Shown here in pieces: positions 9,099-20,190 of a stretch of 55,143 nucleotides of DNA; within the stretch, counting starts at the first letter, position 1; each line of letters opens with the position of its first letter. The position numbers were made by a program, and so were the translations under genes. The notes under the pieces were generated by a model. That model was not told where the DNA came from and did no database searches. It saw only the letters and a list, made by a program, of their open reading frames with translations. The DNA is from an uncultured bacterium (GTDB lineage: Bacteria; Gemmatimonadota; Gemmatimonadetes; Palauibacterales; Palauibacteraceae): assembly GCA_965370685.1 (NCBI GenBank), contig CBDUVN010000001.1:67763-122905 (forward strand), given 5' to 3'.

Positions 9099-9884
9099 GT
9101 GAGGGGAACGGGCCGGAAATCGGACCACGGTGTCGGTCGGGCCCTGATCGCCGTGTGCCTGCTCGCCGTCAGCGCCGGCTCGTCACTCGCTCAGGATCCG
9201 TCGATGATCGACCAGGGGCGCTTCGAGATCCGGATTGGTGGAGCGGCGCGCGGACAGGAGTCGTTCGCGATTCGACGACAGGGAGAAGAGTACATGGCAG
9301 TGGGCCGGACGAGCCTCGAGGGGCAGGATCTCAGGGTCCTGTCGGCCGAAGTCGGGCTTCGCACGGACGCACGATACGTCCCGGTGCGTTACGAATTCCG
9401 CACCCTGCAGCGGCCCACTTCGACGACGATCGCCGTGCGGACAGGAAACCGGATCCGGGTCACGACGTCGAATCAGGAAGGCGAGCGCATGACGGAGTTG
9501 ATGTTGGACCGCGAACTGGTCCTGATTCAAACCGGAGTGGCTCATCACTACTGGTTTCTCATCAAGCGGTTCGGGGAGGCCTCGGCCGGACAGGGCGGCA
9601 CCGTGGACGCGCTCGCGCCGGACGGCGTGGAACGATCGTCGATCCGGCTCGATGAGGTCACCGAGGTCGACCTCACGCTTCCAGACGGGCGGGTGAGGGA
9701 AGCGAGACGATACGAAATGCAGATTGGAGAAACACGCCACATCGTGTGGGTCGAGCGGACAACCGGGCACGTGCTGCGGGCCGAGATCCCCGAGCGCGTC
9801 TGGGTGGCGATCCGGATCTACGATTCGACGGGCGGGGACCCGGAAAGCGCGGAGGACGGACCTTCCAGGGAGGACACATCATGA
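9099..9884 (+). CDS. Hypothetical secreted protein
   Basis: Signal peptide ALIAVCLLAVSAGSSLA-QD after GTG 9099; stop overlaps next ATG (ATGA). Confidence 0.7.
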   Translation: MRGTGRKSDHGVGRALIAVCLLAVSAGSSLAQDPSMIDQGRFEIRIGGAARGQESFAIRRQGEEYMAVGRTSLEGQDLRVLSAEVGLRTDARYVPVRYEFRTLQRPTSTTIAVRTGNRIRVTTSNQEGERMTELMLDRELVLIQTGVAHHYWFLIKRFGEASAGQGGTVDALAPDGVERSSIRLDEVTEVDLTLPDGRVREARRYEMQIGETRHIVWVERTTGHVLRAEIPERVWVAIRIYDSTGGDPESAEDGPSREDTS

Positions 9885-10555
9885 GTCAGCAGCTTCCATC
9901 TCTTCCCACGCGGATCGTGCAGGTGTTCATGGCCCCGGCCACCCTGTTCGATGAGCTGAAAGCAACTCCAAAGTGGATCGGCGCCGCGCTCGTGGTCGTC
10001 GGGCTGGGCCTCGTAGTCCAGGCGTTGATCCCGGCCGAGCTGATCCGGGAGATGGCGTTGTCGAGCCTGCCGAGCGACGCGCCCCCCGAGCAGGTCGCAG
10101 CGCTCGAGCAGTTCATGGGCGTCAGCAACGTCATCCGGTGGGTGGGCACGATCGTCTTCCCGATTCTCCTCATGCTGTTCGTCTCCGGGTTCATCCTGTT
10201 GGTGTGGAACGCCATCCTGGGAGGTGAGGCCGCGTTTCCGGCCGTGCTCGCGTGCACCGCCCATTCGTACATCGTGTGGGCCGCCGGTGGGTTGATCACG
10301 ATTCCGCTCGTGCTTGCGCGTCAGGATCTCCGTACGACGTTTTCATTGCACCTCCTCACACCATGGCTCGATTCTGGCTCCTACGCTTACCGGTTCATGG
10401 CCGGTCTGAACCTGTTCGGAATCTGGACGATGATTCTGCTCGGAGTGGCGGTGAGTCGCCTCTACCCCAAGGTCTCCGCCACCAGTGCTTCCATCGTGAT
10501 GGTCACCGCATATGTCGTGTTCAAGGCCATCCTCGCGATCTTCTCGCCGATGTGA
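9881..10555 (+). CDS. Yip1 family membrane protein
   Basis: VFMAPATLFDELKATPKW N-terminal pattern, about 5 TM, GGAGG RBS; lies before MacA/MacB-type genes as in yknWXYZ. Confidence 0.85.
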   Translation: MSQQLPSLPTRIVQVFMAPATLFDELKATPKWIGAALVVVGLGLVVQALIPAELIREMALSSLPSDAPPEQVAALEQFMGVSNVIRWVGTIVFPILLMLFVSGFILLVWNAILGGEAAFPAVLACTAHSYIVWAAGGLITIPLVLARQDLRTTFSLHLLTPWLDSGSYAYRFMAGLNLFGIWTMILLGVAVSRLYPKVSATSASIVMVTAYVVFKAILAIFSPM

Positions 10556-10636
10556 GCGTAACAGTCAACGATCGGCGGCCCGGAAGTGTTTTCCTTCGCT
10601 GAGGGCAAGGTGGATCCTGAGCACTCCGGGTGTGCC

Positions 10637-10662
10637 GAAACCGAGTGGTGTGTCGGCTCGTA
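10637..10662 (+). promoter_or_regulatory. Candidate ECF-sigma promoter GAAAC-N17-CGTA
   Basis: Matches the AAC / CGT pattern and spacing of SigW/SigM-type promoters, about 60 nt before the adaptor gene. Confidence 0.4.
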
Positions 10663-10723
10663 CGTGAATGTGACCGCCTGTCGGCGGTGTAGACCCGGAA
10701 CGTCAAACCAGCGGAAGAGATAG

Positions 10724-12001
10724 ATGTCACGGGGAAAAAAGATCCTGATCGGCATCGGCGTCCTGGCCGTGCTCGCGATCATGACGGTCGTCGCCCTGCG
10801 GGGCGGACGAGACGGTGCCGTCGACGTGCGCACGGAAAATGTGTCGAGACGGGACCTCGTAGCGCGGGTTTCCGCCACGGGCTACCTCGAGCCGAAGCGC
10901 TCGGTCGATATCAGCGCCGACGTTTCCGGACGCATCGTGGAGCTCAAAGTGGAAGAGGGCGACGCGGTCACGGAAGGCGACCTTCTGCTCGTGATCGACC
11001 CCGCCCGGTTCGAAGCCGCCGTCCAGCGAGCGGAGGCCGGACTGGCCGAATCGGCCGCGCGGGAGACGCAGGCACGCGGCAACTACCAGCAGGCACAGCG
11101 TGACTGGGAGCGGATCCGGGACCTGAAGTCCCGGCTGCCGGAGATGGTGACGGAGACGGAATTCGAAATTTCCCGCACGACCGCCGAGGTGCAGAAGGCC
11201 CTGTGGGAGTCCGGCACCCACTCCGTCGAAATGGCACGGGCCAGCCTGAAGGAAACGCAGGACAACCTGGCCAAGACCGTGATCCGGGCCCCGATGAGCG
11301 GGCGCGTGACGAGACTCAACGTCGAAAAGGGCGAAACGGCGATCGTGGGCACGATGAACAACCCCGGAAGCCTGCTGATCACGGTCGCGGATCTGTCGGT
11401 GATGGAAGCCGTGATCGAGGTCGACGAGACCGATGTTCCCGAGATCGCCATCGGGGATTCGGTTTCCGTTTCGCTGGATGCATACCCGAACCGGGAATTC
11501 GTCGGCAGGGTGACGAAGATCGGCAACAGTTCCATCCGGCCCAGGAATCAGCAGGTGTCCAGCTCCGACCAGGCGATCGACTTCGAGGTCCGGGTGACAC
11601 TCGAAGACAGCGGCGTCGAGCTCCGGCCGGATCTGTCGGCGTCGGCGGACATCATCACCGATGTTCGTCCCGACGCGCTGGCGATTCCGATCATCGCCCT
11701 CACGCTGATGGATCCGGGCGAGTTCGAGCGGCTCCCGAATGAACTCGAGGGTGAAGAAGCGATTGCCGAGACGACGGATAGCGATGAACCGGTCGAGGGA
11801 GTGTTCGTCGTCGACGGAGAGCTGGCGCGCTTCCGGCCGGTAGAGATCGGTGTGGCCGGAGACAACTACTTCGAGGTCCTGGAAGGTCTCGACGAGGGTG
11901 AGACCGTCGTGTCGGGAACCTACCAGGTGATTCGGGAGCTCAGCGACGGCGACCTCGTCAACCCCACGAGCTCCGACAGCACGAAGGCCACGGAAGAATG
12001 A
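10724..12001 (+). CDS. Efflux periplasmic adaptor (MacA/YknX-like)
   Basis: N-terminal anchor, lipoyl half-motifs ([17 protein letters not shown]; IRAPMSGRV), coiled hairpin, [13 protein letters not shown]. Confidence 0.93.
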   Translation: MSRGKKILIGIGVLAVLAIMTVVALRGGRDGAVDVRTENVSRRDLVARVSATGYLEPKRSVDISADVSGRIVELKVEEGDAVTEGDLLLVIDPARFEAAVQRAEAGLAESAARETQARGNYQQAQRDWERIRDLKSRLPEMVTETEFEISRTTAEVQKALWESGTHSVEMARASLKETQDNLAKTVIRAPMSGRVTRLNVEKGETAIVGTMNNPGSLLITVADLSVMEAVIEVDETDVPEIAIGDSVSVSLDAYPNREFVGRVTKIGNSSIRPRNQQVSSSDQAIDFEVRVTLEDSGVELRPDLSASADIITDVRPDALAIPIIALTLMDPGEFERLPNELEGEEAIAETTDSDEPVEGVFVVDGELARFRPVEIGVAGDNYFEVLEGLDEGETVVSGTYQVIRELSDGDLVNPTSSDSTKATEE

Positions 12002-12738
12002 GCGAGGAACAGCGGATGCAGACGAACGATAACGAGATCATCATACAGACCCACGATCTGAAGAAGCTGTATCAGATGGGCTCGGAGACGATCTACGCGC
12101 TGGCCGGTGTGGACATGAAAATCCGGCGCAATGAATACATAGCGATCATGGGGCCGTCGGGCTCCGGCAAGTCGACCCTGATGAACCTCATCGGCTGCCT
12201 CGATACGCCGACGGAGGGCGAGTACATCCTCAACGGCAAGCCGGTCCAGGGCCTGGATGACGACGAGCTCGCCAGGATTCGGAATCGCGAGATCGGCTTC
12301 GTGTTTCAGACATTCAACCTGCTGCCACGGGCAAGCGCGCTGCACAACGTCGAACTGCCCTTGATTTACGCCGGTGTGCCGTCCAGGGAGCGGCAGAAGA
12401 GGGCGCGAAACGCCCTCGCGCGTGTCGACCTCGCCGACCGGACGCATCACAAGCCGAATGAGCTGTCCGGCGGTCAGAGGCAGCGTGTCGCGATCGCCCG
12501 GGCGCTCGTGAACGACCCCTCGATCCTGCTGGCCGACGAGCCGACCGGAAACCTCGACTCGAAGACCTCGGCGGAGATCATGAGCGTGTTCGATGAACTC
12601 CACGCGACGGGGCAGACGATCATCGTAGTCACGCACGAGCCTCACATCGTCAAGCATGCGCACCGGGTCGTGACGCTGCGTGACGGCCTGATCGAGTCTC
12701 ACAATGCCCGGGCCGACGGCCTGCTCGCCGGCGTCTGA
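11998..12738 (+). CDS. ABC transporter ATP-binding protein (MacB/LolD-like)
   Basis: [41 protein letters not shown]. Confidence 0.96.
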   Translation: MSEEQRMQTNDNEIIIQTHDLKKLYQMGSETIYALAGVDMKIRRNEYIAIMGPSGSGKSTLMNLIGCLDTPTEGEYILNGKPVQGLDDDELARIRNREIGFVFQTFNLLPRASALHNVELPLIYAGVPSRERQKRARNALARVDLADRTHHKPNELSGGQRQRVAIARALVNDPSILLADEPTGNLDSKTSAEIMSVFDELHATGQTIIVVTHEPHIVKHAHRVVTLRDGLIESHNARADGLLAGV

Positions 12739-12765
12739 GCAGAGAGACTCGGGAGAACCGGACGC

Positions 12766-14010
12766 GTGTACGTCTTCGAGGGAGTCTGGATCGCCCTGCA
12801 GCAGGTGTGGGCTCACAAGCTGAAGTCCGCCTTCACCCTGGTCGGAGTGACCATCGGAATCACCTTCCTGATCGCGGTGATCACCGTGGTGGAAGGCATG
12901 AACCGGTATGTCCAGGACGACTTCGCGGGGTCTCTGTTCGGCGTAAACACGTTTACGGTCGTCCGTCGCAGCCGGATCTCCACCGGATCCGAGACCGAGG
13001 AACGCCGCCGCCGGCAGGCCCGCAATCCGCACCTCACCTTGCGCGATGTCGAGGTGGTACGCTCGGCGGTACCGGATGCCTGGCGCTTCGCCTACAACGA
13101 TGACCGGGGCTTCGACGAAGTCACCTACAAGGATCGTCGTCGTCGCAACATCCGGCTGATCGGTGGCTCGGACGGGTACGAGACACTGCAGGGATGGAAG
13201 ATCGAGGACGGCCGGGGCCTCACGCCGCTGGACGAGCGCCGCAGTCTCAAGGTGGCCGTAATCGGAGCGGATATCGCGGAGAAGTTGTTCACCGACGTCT
13301 CACCGGTCGGCAAGCAGATCCGGCTCGGAGCCCACCGATTCGACGTCGTCGGGGTGTGGGAAAGGCAGGGCGGGCTCCTTGGCGTCATCCGGGACGCTTC
13401 GGTTCTCGTTCCGTTCTCGGTCTACCGTCAGACCTTCGCGCGGAATCCATCGTACGTCGGTGAGATCAGTGTGAAGATGCACAGCCTGGAAGAGATGACG
13501 GCGGCCCAGATCACGGTCGAAGGAGCGATGCGTACGGACCGCGAGCTCCGTCCCGGCGAGGAGAACAACTTCTGGATCCAGACGTCGAGCGAGCTGCTGG
13601 AGACGTGGGAGAAGATCAGCCGCATCCTGTTCGCGGCGGTTCCGGGCCTGGTCTCGATCTCGCTCGTAGTCGGCGGGATCGTGATCATGAACATCATGCT
13701 CCTCTCCGTCGCCGGGCGCATACGCGAGATCGGAATTCGCAAGGCGGTAGGCGCCAGGCGGCGGGACATCCTGATCCAGTTCCTCGCCGAGTCCTCGACG
13801 CTGTCGATCATCGGAGCGGCAATCGGGATCCTGCTCGGAATCGGGATCGCGATGGTCGTCGAGCGGTTCACCGTGATGCCGGCGTCCGTCCCTCCCTGGG
13901 CCATCGCCACGGGACTTACGCTGGGGCTGGTCGTGGGGGTCGGTTCGGGTCTTTACCCGGCGTATCGCGCGGCAAAGCAGGACCCGATCGTGGCGCTACG
14001 CAGTGAGTAG
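12766..14010 (+). CDS. ABC transporter permease (MacB/FtsX family)
   Basis: KLKSAFTLVGVTIGI, VGGIVIMNIML, REIGIRKAVGA, DPIVALRSE. Confidence 0.95.
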   Translation: MYVFEGVWIALQQVWAHKLKSAFTLVGVTIGITFLIAVITVVEGMNRYVQDDFAGSLFGVNTFTVVRRSRISTGSETEERRRRQARNPHLTLRDVEVVRSAVPDAWRFAYNDDRGFDEVTYKDRRRRNIRLIGGSDGYETLQGWKIEDGRGLTPLDERRSLKVAVIGADIAEKLFTDVSPVGKQIRLGAHRFDVVGVWERQGGLLGVIRDASVLVPFSVYRQTFARNPSYVGEISVKMHSLEEMTAAQITVEGAMRTDRELRPGEENNFWIQTSSELLETWEKISRILFAAVPGLVSISLVVGGIVIMNIMLLSVAGRIREIGIRKAVGARRRDILIQFLAESSTLSIIGAAIGILLGIGIAMVVERFTVMPASVPPWAIATGLTLGLVVGVGSGLYPAYRAAKQDPIVALRSE

Positions 14011-15292
14011 CCGACAGAAGGGGATGGGGCTGCTGGCGACGCTCCGCGAGGGGCTTCGCGTGGCTTTCGACTCGTTGCGGGCGAACAAGATCCGCAGCGG
14101 ACTGACCATTCTCGGTGTGGCGATCGGGGTCCTCGTCGTGATGGCGATGGCCGCTGTAGTGCAGGGTCTCAACGACAGCTTCAGCGAGGCGCTGTCGTCG
14201 CGCGGCGTGACCACGTTCTACGTGTTTCACGCCCCGATCGGCGGCGGCGGAATGAACACGGGGCTCGAGGAGGAAGAGAACGAGTTCTTCAAGAACCAGC
14301 CGCTCGACCCGGCATGGACCGCGAAACTGAGTCGTCTTCCCGGAATCGAGAGCGTGAGCGCCCTGGCCGACCTCGGCGGGACCGGGTTTCACGCCTCGTC
14401 GGGAGATGATGACGTCCGGATCAGCCTGTATGCAGTGGATGCGAGCTATCTCGAGATCGACGGTGGAGACTTGATCGACGGTCGCTGGTTCACGGCAGTC
14501 GAGGACCAGCGGCGGGCGCCGGTGGCGGTGATCGACTCCCAGGTCGCGCTGGACCTGTTCGCCGGTGCCGATCCGCTCGGCAAGTACATCACGATCGGCC
14601 GGCCCGGTAACCGCAACGCCAGATTCAAGGTGATCGGACTGTATCGGCGTCCGCCGAACGTGTTTTCCAGCCTGGCGAGTCACTGGACGTACATCCCGTT
14701 CTCCGCCTCGCTGAAGTATCTCGATGTGTGGCAGCGGATGATCGCGTTCACGGTCCGCCCGGAGGAAGACGTGCCCCTGGACCAGGCGCTCGACGTCGTA
14801 CGCGGGTCCATGCGCCAGATCCGAGGACTCAAGCCGGGCCAGGAAGACGATTTCCACCTGATCACGCAGGACGAATTCATCGACCTGTGGGGAAAACTCA
14901 CCGGTGTGTTGTTCGCGGTCATGGTGGCGCTGTCGGGGGTCGGCCTGATGGTGGGAGGAGTCGGAGTGATCGGAATCATGATGATCTCGGTCACCGAACG
15001 GACGCGGGAAATCGGCCTCCGGAAAGCCGTGGGCGCGAGGCGAAGGGATCTCCTCCTGCAGTTCCTCGTCGAGGCCGCCACGCTCACCGCAGTCGGCGGC
15101 GCGATCGGCATGGCGCTGGGCGGAGGAGTGGTCTGGCTGGTGACGAGATTTACGCCGATTCCCGCCTCCGTCCCGCCGTGGGCGATCGCGCTCGCGCTTG
15201 CCGCATCGATTCTCACCGGCGTGGGGTTCGGCCTGTATCCGGCGGCCCGCGGCGCGGCGCTGGATCCGGTCGAAGCCCTCCGGTACGAATGA
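14003..15292 (+). CDS. ABC transporter permease (MacB/FtsX family)
   Basis: KIRSGLTILGVAIG, SVTERTREIGLRKAVGA, DPVEALRYE. Confidence 0.95.
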   Translation: MSSRQKGMGLLATLREGLRVAFDSLRANKIRSGLTILGVAIGVLVVMAMAAVVQGLNDSFSEALSSRGVTTFYVFHAPIGGGGMNTGLEEEENEFFKNQPLDPAWTAKLSRLPGIESVSALADLGGTGFHASSGDDDVRISLYAVDASYLEIDGGDLIDGRWFTAVEDQRRAPVAVIDSQVALDLFAGADPLGKYITIGRPGNRNARFKVIGLYRRPPNVFSSLASHWTYIPFSASLKYLDVWQRMIAFTVRPEEDVPLDQALDVVRGSMRQIRGLKPGQEDDFHLITQDEFIDLWGKLTGVLFAVMVALSGVGLMVGGVGVIGIMMISVTERTREIGLRKAVGARRRDLLLQFLVEAATLTAVGGAIGMALGGGVVWLVTRFTPIPASVPPWAIALALAASILTGVGFGLYPAARGAALDPVEALRYE

Positions 15293-16032
15293 TGAACACA
15301 CCTCCGCTCGATATCCTCGCCATCGCTCCACACCCCGACGACGCCGAACTGCTGTGCGGCGGAGCCCTGGCCCGGTCCGCGGCGCTCGGGCGGCGAGTAG
15401 GGATCCTCGATCTCACGCGGGGCGAGACGGGCACCAGAGGAACGCCGGAGCAGCGAGAGGAAGAAGCAGTGAGGGCGGCACAGCTCCTTGGTGTCGCGGT
15501 GCGAGAGAACGCCGGGCTGCCCGATGCGGGGCTGTTCAACACAGACGCGATGCGATTCACTCTCGTCGCCGCCCTGCGCCGACTCCGCCCGCAGGTCGTG
15601 ATCCTCCCGTTCCTCACCGGGCGTCACCCGGACCACCGGATCACGGCGGAGCTCGGCAGAGACGCCTGCTTCCTCTCAGGGCTGGGCAACTACGGCGACG
15701 CGGAGTTGCGCGCCACGGCCCCCCACCGGCCGACGAAGGTGATTCATGCGCTGGCATACCGCGAGGATCCGGTCAAGCCGACTTTCGTGGTCGGACTGAC
15801 GGAGAATGAATTCGGGCAGAAGCTCGAGGCCATCCGCTGCTACGCTTCCCAGTTCGATGGCGCCACGAAGGCGGGCGAGCTGTTTCCCACCGGACAGCCA
15901 TTGTTCGAACTGGTGGAGTCGCAGGCGCGGCACTACGGGTCGCTCGTTCGTCGTCCGTACGGAGAGCCGTTCTGGACGGCGGAGACGCTCGAAGTGGACG
16001 ACCTGGCAACGCTCGGCGTCTTCTCGCTCTGA
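15289..16032 (+). CDS. bshB1: Bacillithiol biosynthesis deacetylase BshB1 (PIG-L family)
   Basis: LDILAIAPHPDDAEL, DLTRGETGTRG, RHPDH, CYASQF, YGEPF; start moved to ATG 15289. Confidence 0.85.
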   Translation: MMNTPPLDILAIAPHPDDAELLCGGALARSAALGRRVGILDLTRGETGTRGTPEQREEEAVRAAQLLGVAVRENAGLPDAGLFNTDAMRFTLVAALRRLRPQVVILPFLTGRHPDHRITAELGRDACFLSGLGNYGDAELRATAPHRPTKVIHALAYREDPVKPTFVVGLTENEFGQKLEAIRCYASQFDGATKAGELFPTGQPLFELVESQARHYGSLVRRPYGEPFWTAETLEVDDLATLGVFSL

Positions 16033-16056
16033 GCCACCACTACGACGCGCCTGAAC

Positions 16057-17226
16057 GTGAATCGAGCAGCGACTTATCTCGACCATGCGGCCACTTCCCC
16101 GCTTCGTCCCGAAGCGCGGGCGGCCTGGGAGGCGTGCATTGGCTCGGCGGACTACAACCCCGCCTCGGCGCACAGATTCGGGCAGTCGGCACACGAGAGG
16201 CTGGAAACCGCCAGGGAGCAGCTGGCAGAGCTCGTGCACGCGAAACGCTCAGAGATCGTCTGGACGGCCGGCGGCACCCAGGCGGATAACCTGGCGATTC
16301 TCGGATTTACCCGGACTCATATGTCGGCCCGACCGCTGGTCGTAGTATCTGAGATCGAGCACAAGGCAGTCCTCGCTGCGGCTCGACGGGCCGAGATCGA
16401 AGGAGCGGAGCTTCGACTCCTGGGTGTCGACTACTCGGGTACCGTGGACCCGTCGGAGCTGGAAGATCTGCTATCCGGGGCAGAAGGCAGGCCGGCTCTC
16501 GTTTCGGTGCTGTGGGCGAACAACGAAGTCGGCGCGGTGCAGCCCGTCCGTGAGCTCTGCCGGATCGCCCACGAGCACGGGGCCCTGTTTCACACCGACG
16601 CCGTCCAGGCGCTCGGAAAGCTCCCCGTCTCACTCGAAGAAGTCCCGGCGGACCTGCTCAGCCTGACAGCACACAAGATCGGCGGTCCGGTGGGGATCGG
16701 ATCGTTGATCGTTCGTGGTGACGTGGTGCTCGAGCCGCTCGCGTACGGAGGATCGCAGGAGGGCGGTCTGTGGCCCGGCACTCAGAATCCGCTTGGCGCG
16801 GCGGCATTCGCGGCGGCGGCGCGGGCTGCCGTCTCCGAGCTTCCCGACGCACGACCGCGCTGGCAGACGCTGAGGGAGAATCTCGAAGCTGATCTTCGCG
16901 CCGGCATAGACGGCCTCGTCGTTCACGCCGAACGGGCCCCGGAGCGGCTCCCGCAGCTGCTGAGCGTTGGTATCCCCGGTGCCGACGTCGCTACGCTGCT
17001 CATGACGCTGGATCTGTCGGGGTTCGCAGTCTCCAGCGGCTCCGCGTGCAGCAGCGGGAGCCAGGCCGGATCGCATGTGCTGGCCGCCATGGGCGTCGCC
17101 CCTGCCGGCAGCTATGCCGTGCTGCGGTTCAGCTTCGGCCCGTTTACCACGACGGACGAGGTGCAGCGAGCCGGAAAAGCCACGGTGGCTGCGGTGTCGC
17201 GAGCGCGGGCCGTGCCCGATGACTGA
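16057..17226 (+). CDS. Cysteine desulfurase (IscS/NifS-like)
   Basis: [29 protein letters not shown] (PLP Lys), SSGSACSS. Confidence 0.95.
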   Translation: MNRAATYLDHAATSPLRPEARAAWEACIGSADYNPASAHRFGQSAHERLETAREQLAELVHAKRSEIVWTAGGTQADNLAILGFTRTHMSARPLVVVSEIEHKAVLAAARRAEIEGAELRLLGVDYSGTVDPSELEDLLSGAEGRPALVSVLWANNEVGAVQPVRELCRIAHEHGALFHTDAVQALGKLPVSLEEVPADLLSLTAHKIGGPVGIGSLIVRGDVVLEPLAYGGSQEGGLWPGTQNPLGAAAFAAAARAAVSELPDARPRWQTLRENLEADLRAGIDGLVVHAERAPERLPQLLSVGIPGADVATLLMTLDLSGFAVSSGSACSSGSQAGSHVLAAMGVAPAGSYAVLRFSFGPFTTTDEVQRAGKATVAAVSRARAVPDD

Positions 17227-18343
17227 GCCGGCATCCACCGCGCCGCTTCCTCCCGGCGACGGTCGCTCTGTTCTCTGCGCCATGTCGGGCGGGGTGGATT
17301 CCAGCGTATCCGCGGCGATGCTGGTACACGCGGGCTGGCGCGTCGTCGGAGCCACGGTGAAGACCTTCTGCTACGGTGACGTCCCCGAGGGTGCACGGGT
17401 CTGTTGTGGCCTGGAGGGAATCGCCGACGCCCGGGCCGTCGCGGCACGACTCGGGATCCCCCACCAGGTCTTCGATCTCGAGGAAGCGTTCACGCGCGAC
17501 GTGATCGATGATTTCGTGTCCGAATACGCTGCCGGACGGACACCGATTCCGTGCGTCCGGTGCAACAGCTTCACGAAATTCCGCGATCTCGTCCGCCGGG
17601 CGGACGCCCTCGACTGCGAGTTCCTGGCAACCGGCCACTATGCGCGCATCGTCCGAGCGCCCGATGGCTCCGCGCGTCTCGCCCGAGGCGAAGACGACCG
17701 TAAGGACCAGACATATTTCCTGTGGGGAATCGACCGGTCCGTGCTGGCCCGGCTGCTCCTTCCCGTGGGCGAGATGCGGAAGCCCGACGTCCGGGACGCA
17801 GCACGGGAGCTCGGGCTCGTGACGGCGGAGAAGCCGGAGAGCTTCGAGATCTGTTTCGTTCCGGACGGCGACTACGTGGGCGTGCTGAAGAGGCAGCTTC
17901 CGATGACCCATCCTGCCCTGCAGCCCGGCGCATTCGTCCTGGAGGACGGCACGGGGGTCGGACGGCACGACGGATTCGCGGGATTCACGGTGGGACAGAG
18001 AAAGGGACTGCCGGGCGGTTATCCGGGCCCGATGTTCGTCCTCGAGATTCGTCCGGCCACGCGGGAAGTCGTGATCGGTCCGCGTGACTCCCTGCGCAGG
18101 TCCTCGCTCGAAGCCGACGGCGCGAACTGGCTCGCTTCGATTCCCCGTCCGGGAACGGCCATCGGCGTCCGCATCCGGCACCAGGCACCGATCGTCTCCG
18201 CGACGGTCAGCCGGGCCGATCCGGACGGATTCGCCCTCGAGCTGCTGATCGAACAGGATGCGATCACGCCAGGCCAGAGCGCCGTGCTGTACCTGGAAGA
18301 TGATACCGTGCTCGGTGGGGGAGTGATCTCCGGCGCCGGCTAG
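17219..18343 (+). CDS. mnmA: tRNA 2-thiouridine(34) synthase
   Basis: [50 protein letters not shown]; start ATG 17219. Confidence 0.96.
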   Translation: MTEPASTAPLPPGDGRSVLCAMSGGVDSSVSAAMLVHAGWRVVGATVKTFCYGDVPEGARVCCGLEGIADARAVAARLGIPHQVFDLEEAFTRDVIDDFVSEYAAGRTPIPCVRCNSFTKFRDLVRRADALDCEFLATGHYARIVRAPDGSARLARGEDDRKDQTYFLWGIDRSVLARLLLPVGEMRKPDVRDAARELGLVTAEKPESFEICFVPDGDYVGVLKRQLPMTHPALQPGAFVLEDGTGVGRHDGFAGFTVGQRKGLPGGYPGPMFVLEIRPATREVVIGPRDSLRRSSLEADGANWLASIPRPGTAIGVRIRHQAPIVSATVSRADPDGFALELLIEQDAITPGQSAVLYLEDDTVLGGGVISGAG

Positions 18344-19464
18344 TGTCTCAGCTCTTCTGCTTCTACGAGCCGCTCGAGCGCTTCCTTGCCCTCGTCGGTC
18401 AGCCGGTCGGGCAGCCGGACGACGACCCTCACCAGCTGATCTCCGCGGGTCTCCCCCTTCTCGACACCCTGTCCCTTGATCCGGAACGTCGTCCCCGACT
18501 GCGTGCCGGCCGGGATCTTGAGCACGACCTTTCGATTGTCCGCGGTCCTGACCTTGACCTTCGATCCCATCATCGCCTGGGCCAGGTTGATCGGCACCTC
18601 GCATCGAAGGTCCAGGCCGTCGCGCTCGAAGAACGGGTCGTCCTTCACCTTGAACTTGACGAGCAGGTCTCCCGGTGGGCCTCCCTGCGGTCCTCGCTCT
18701 CCCTGCCCGGCGATCCGGAGACGCGATCCGTCGTCCACTCCGGAGGGAACGGTCACGCTGATCTTCCGCTTCTGGATCACCTCGCCCCGGCCACTGCAGG
18801 CGGGACAGAACTCCCTGGGAATCTTGCCCCGGCCAAGACAGGCCGGACACGGTCGTGGCACCGAGAACGATCCCTGTCCGAAAGTGATCGTTCCTCGCCC
18901 GCCGCACTCCGAACAGCTGTCGAGCTTTGACCCTGGCGCGGCGCCGGACCCGTCGCAGATGGCGCACTCTTCGTTGATCGGGATCGACAGCCTGACTTTC
19001 CCGCCGCGGACCGAAGTCCGGAACGAGATCTCGACCAGGTACTCTACATCATGGCCCCGGGTCGGACCTGCCGGTCGGTCGGCTCCCCGCTTTCCGAAGT
19101 CGAAGATCGAGCTGAAGATATCCCCCAACCCGCCCACGTCATCGAACCGGAAGGACCTCCCGTCCGCTCCTCCCGGCTGCCCTGCAGGCTGGCCCGCCCC
19201 GGGATGATAGCCGCCGGCGCCACCGAATCCTCCCAGGCCTCCGAATCGCCTTACCTGGTCGTACTTCCGCCGCTTGTCGGGGTCCGACAGAACGTCATAC
19301 GCCGCCGCGATTTCCTTGAATTTCTCCGTGGCGGCCGGATTGTCCGGATTCGCGTCCGGGTGGTACTGCTTCGCCAGCTTCCGGTACGATTTCTTGATCT
19401 CCGCCGGCCTGGCGCCGGAGGTCACGCCAAGCGTGGCGTAGTAGTCCTTGGGTCGTGTGGGCAT
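18340..19464 (-). CDS. dnaJ: Chaperone DnaJ
   Basis: J-domain with HPD, G/F-rich region, four CxxCxGxG repeats, C-terminal domain. Confidence 0.97.
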   Translation of the reverse strand: MPTRPKDYYATLGVTSGARPAEIKKSYRKLAKQYHPDANPDNPAATEKFKEIAAAYDVLSDPDKRRKYDQVRRFGGLGGFGGAGGYHPGAGQPAGQPGGADGRSFRFDDVGGLGDIFSSIFDFGKRGADRPAGPTRGHDVEYLVEISFRTSVRGGKVRLSIPINEECAICDGSGAAPGSKLDSCSECGGRGTITFGQGSFSVPRPCPACLGRGKIPREFCPACSGRGEVIQKRKISVTVPSGVDDGSRLRIAGQGERGPQGGPPGDLLVKFKVKDDPFFERDGLDLRCEVPINLAQAMMGSKVKVRTADNRKVVLKIPAGTQSGTTFRIKGQGVEKGETRGDQLVRVVVRLPDRLTDEGKEALERLVEAEELRH

Positions 19465-20180
19465 CAGGCCGTGATATCCTCGGCGGACCCAGTGCTTCCG
19501 TCACCGGTGCTCTCGTCACCGCCCTCGTCGCTCGGGTCGGTATCGGGCGCCTCCTGCCAGCGTCGGACTTCGACCTGTGCCGGGCGGACGAGCAGGTCTC
19601 CGAGCGAGTACCCCTCCACAAACACGCGGGAGATCGTTTCGTCTTCCTCGGCGTGCAGCGCTTCGGTCGTCATCAAGGCCTGGTGCAACTCGGGATCGAA
19701 CACCGCGTTCTCAGCCTCGAACTGCTGCACGCCATGTTCTTCGAGCGCCTTGGCGAGGTTGCGGAGAATGAGATCGAGGCCCTGGTCCAACGCCTCGACA
19801 CTCGTGGATTCGTTTGGAATGTCCCGCCAGCGTGCGAGATCATCGAGCGTCGGAAGCACCGATCGAGCTATGTCTGCCTGGGCCAGCGCCCGAAGTTTCA
19901 ACTGCTCCTGCCTCGTGCGGCGGCGAAAATTGTCGAACTCAGCCGCGAGACGCAGGTGGCGGTCATTCAGCTCAGCGATTTCGATCCGGGCTTCCTCGAG
20001 CTCGGCCAGCAGCACCTCCGCTTCAGGCAGGGCCTCGAGAGCTCCGCCCGCCGCATCGATACCGTCGGTACTGTCCCCTTCATACTGTCCGTCGACGTCC
20101 GTAACCGTGGGCTCCTGTGCCTGTCCGGAGCCCGGGTCCGACGGATCCTCGGGTTTCCTGCGAATCACCCTGTCCTCCAA
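19464..20180 (-). CDS. grpE: Nucleotide exchange factor GrpE
   Basis: LRLAAEFDNFRRR, FDPELHQAL, GYSLGDLLVRPAQV; acidic termini; TTG start uncertain. Confidence 0.94.
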   Translation of the reverse strand: MEDRVIRRKPEDPSDPGSGQAQEPTVTDVDGQYEGDSTDGIDAAGGALEALPEAEVLLAELEEARIEIAELNDRHLRLAAEFDNFRRRTRQEQLKLRALAQADIARSVLPTLDDLARWRDIPNESTSVEALDQGLDLILRNLAKALEEHGVQQFEAENAVFDPELHQALMTTEALHAEEDETISRVFVEGYSLGDLLVRPAQVEVRRWQEAPDTDPSDEGGDESTGDGSTGSAEDITA

Positions 20181-20190
20181 TGTTCGGTCA

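Noticed and set aside
18340-20180. grpE-dnaJ without dnaK, hrcA or CIRCE
   Set aside because: Split chaperone operons are common; no CIRCE inverted repeat found
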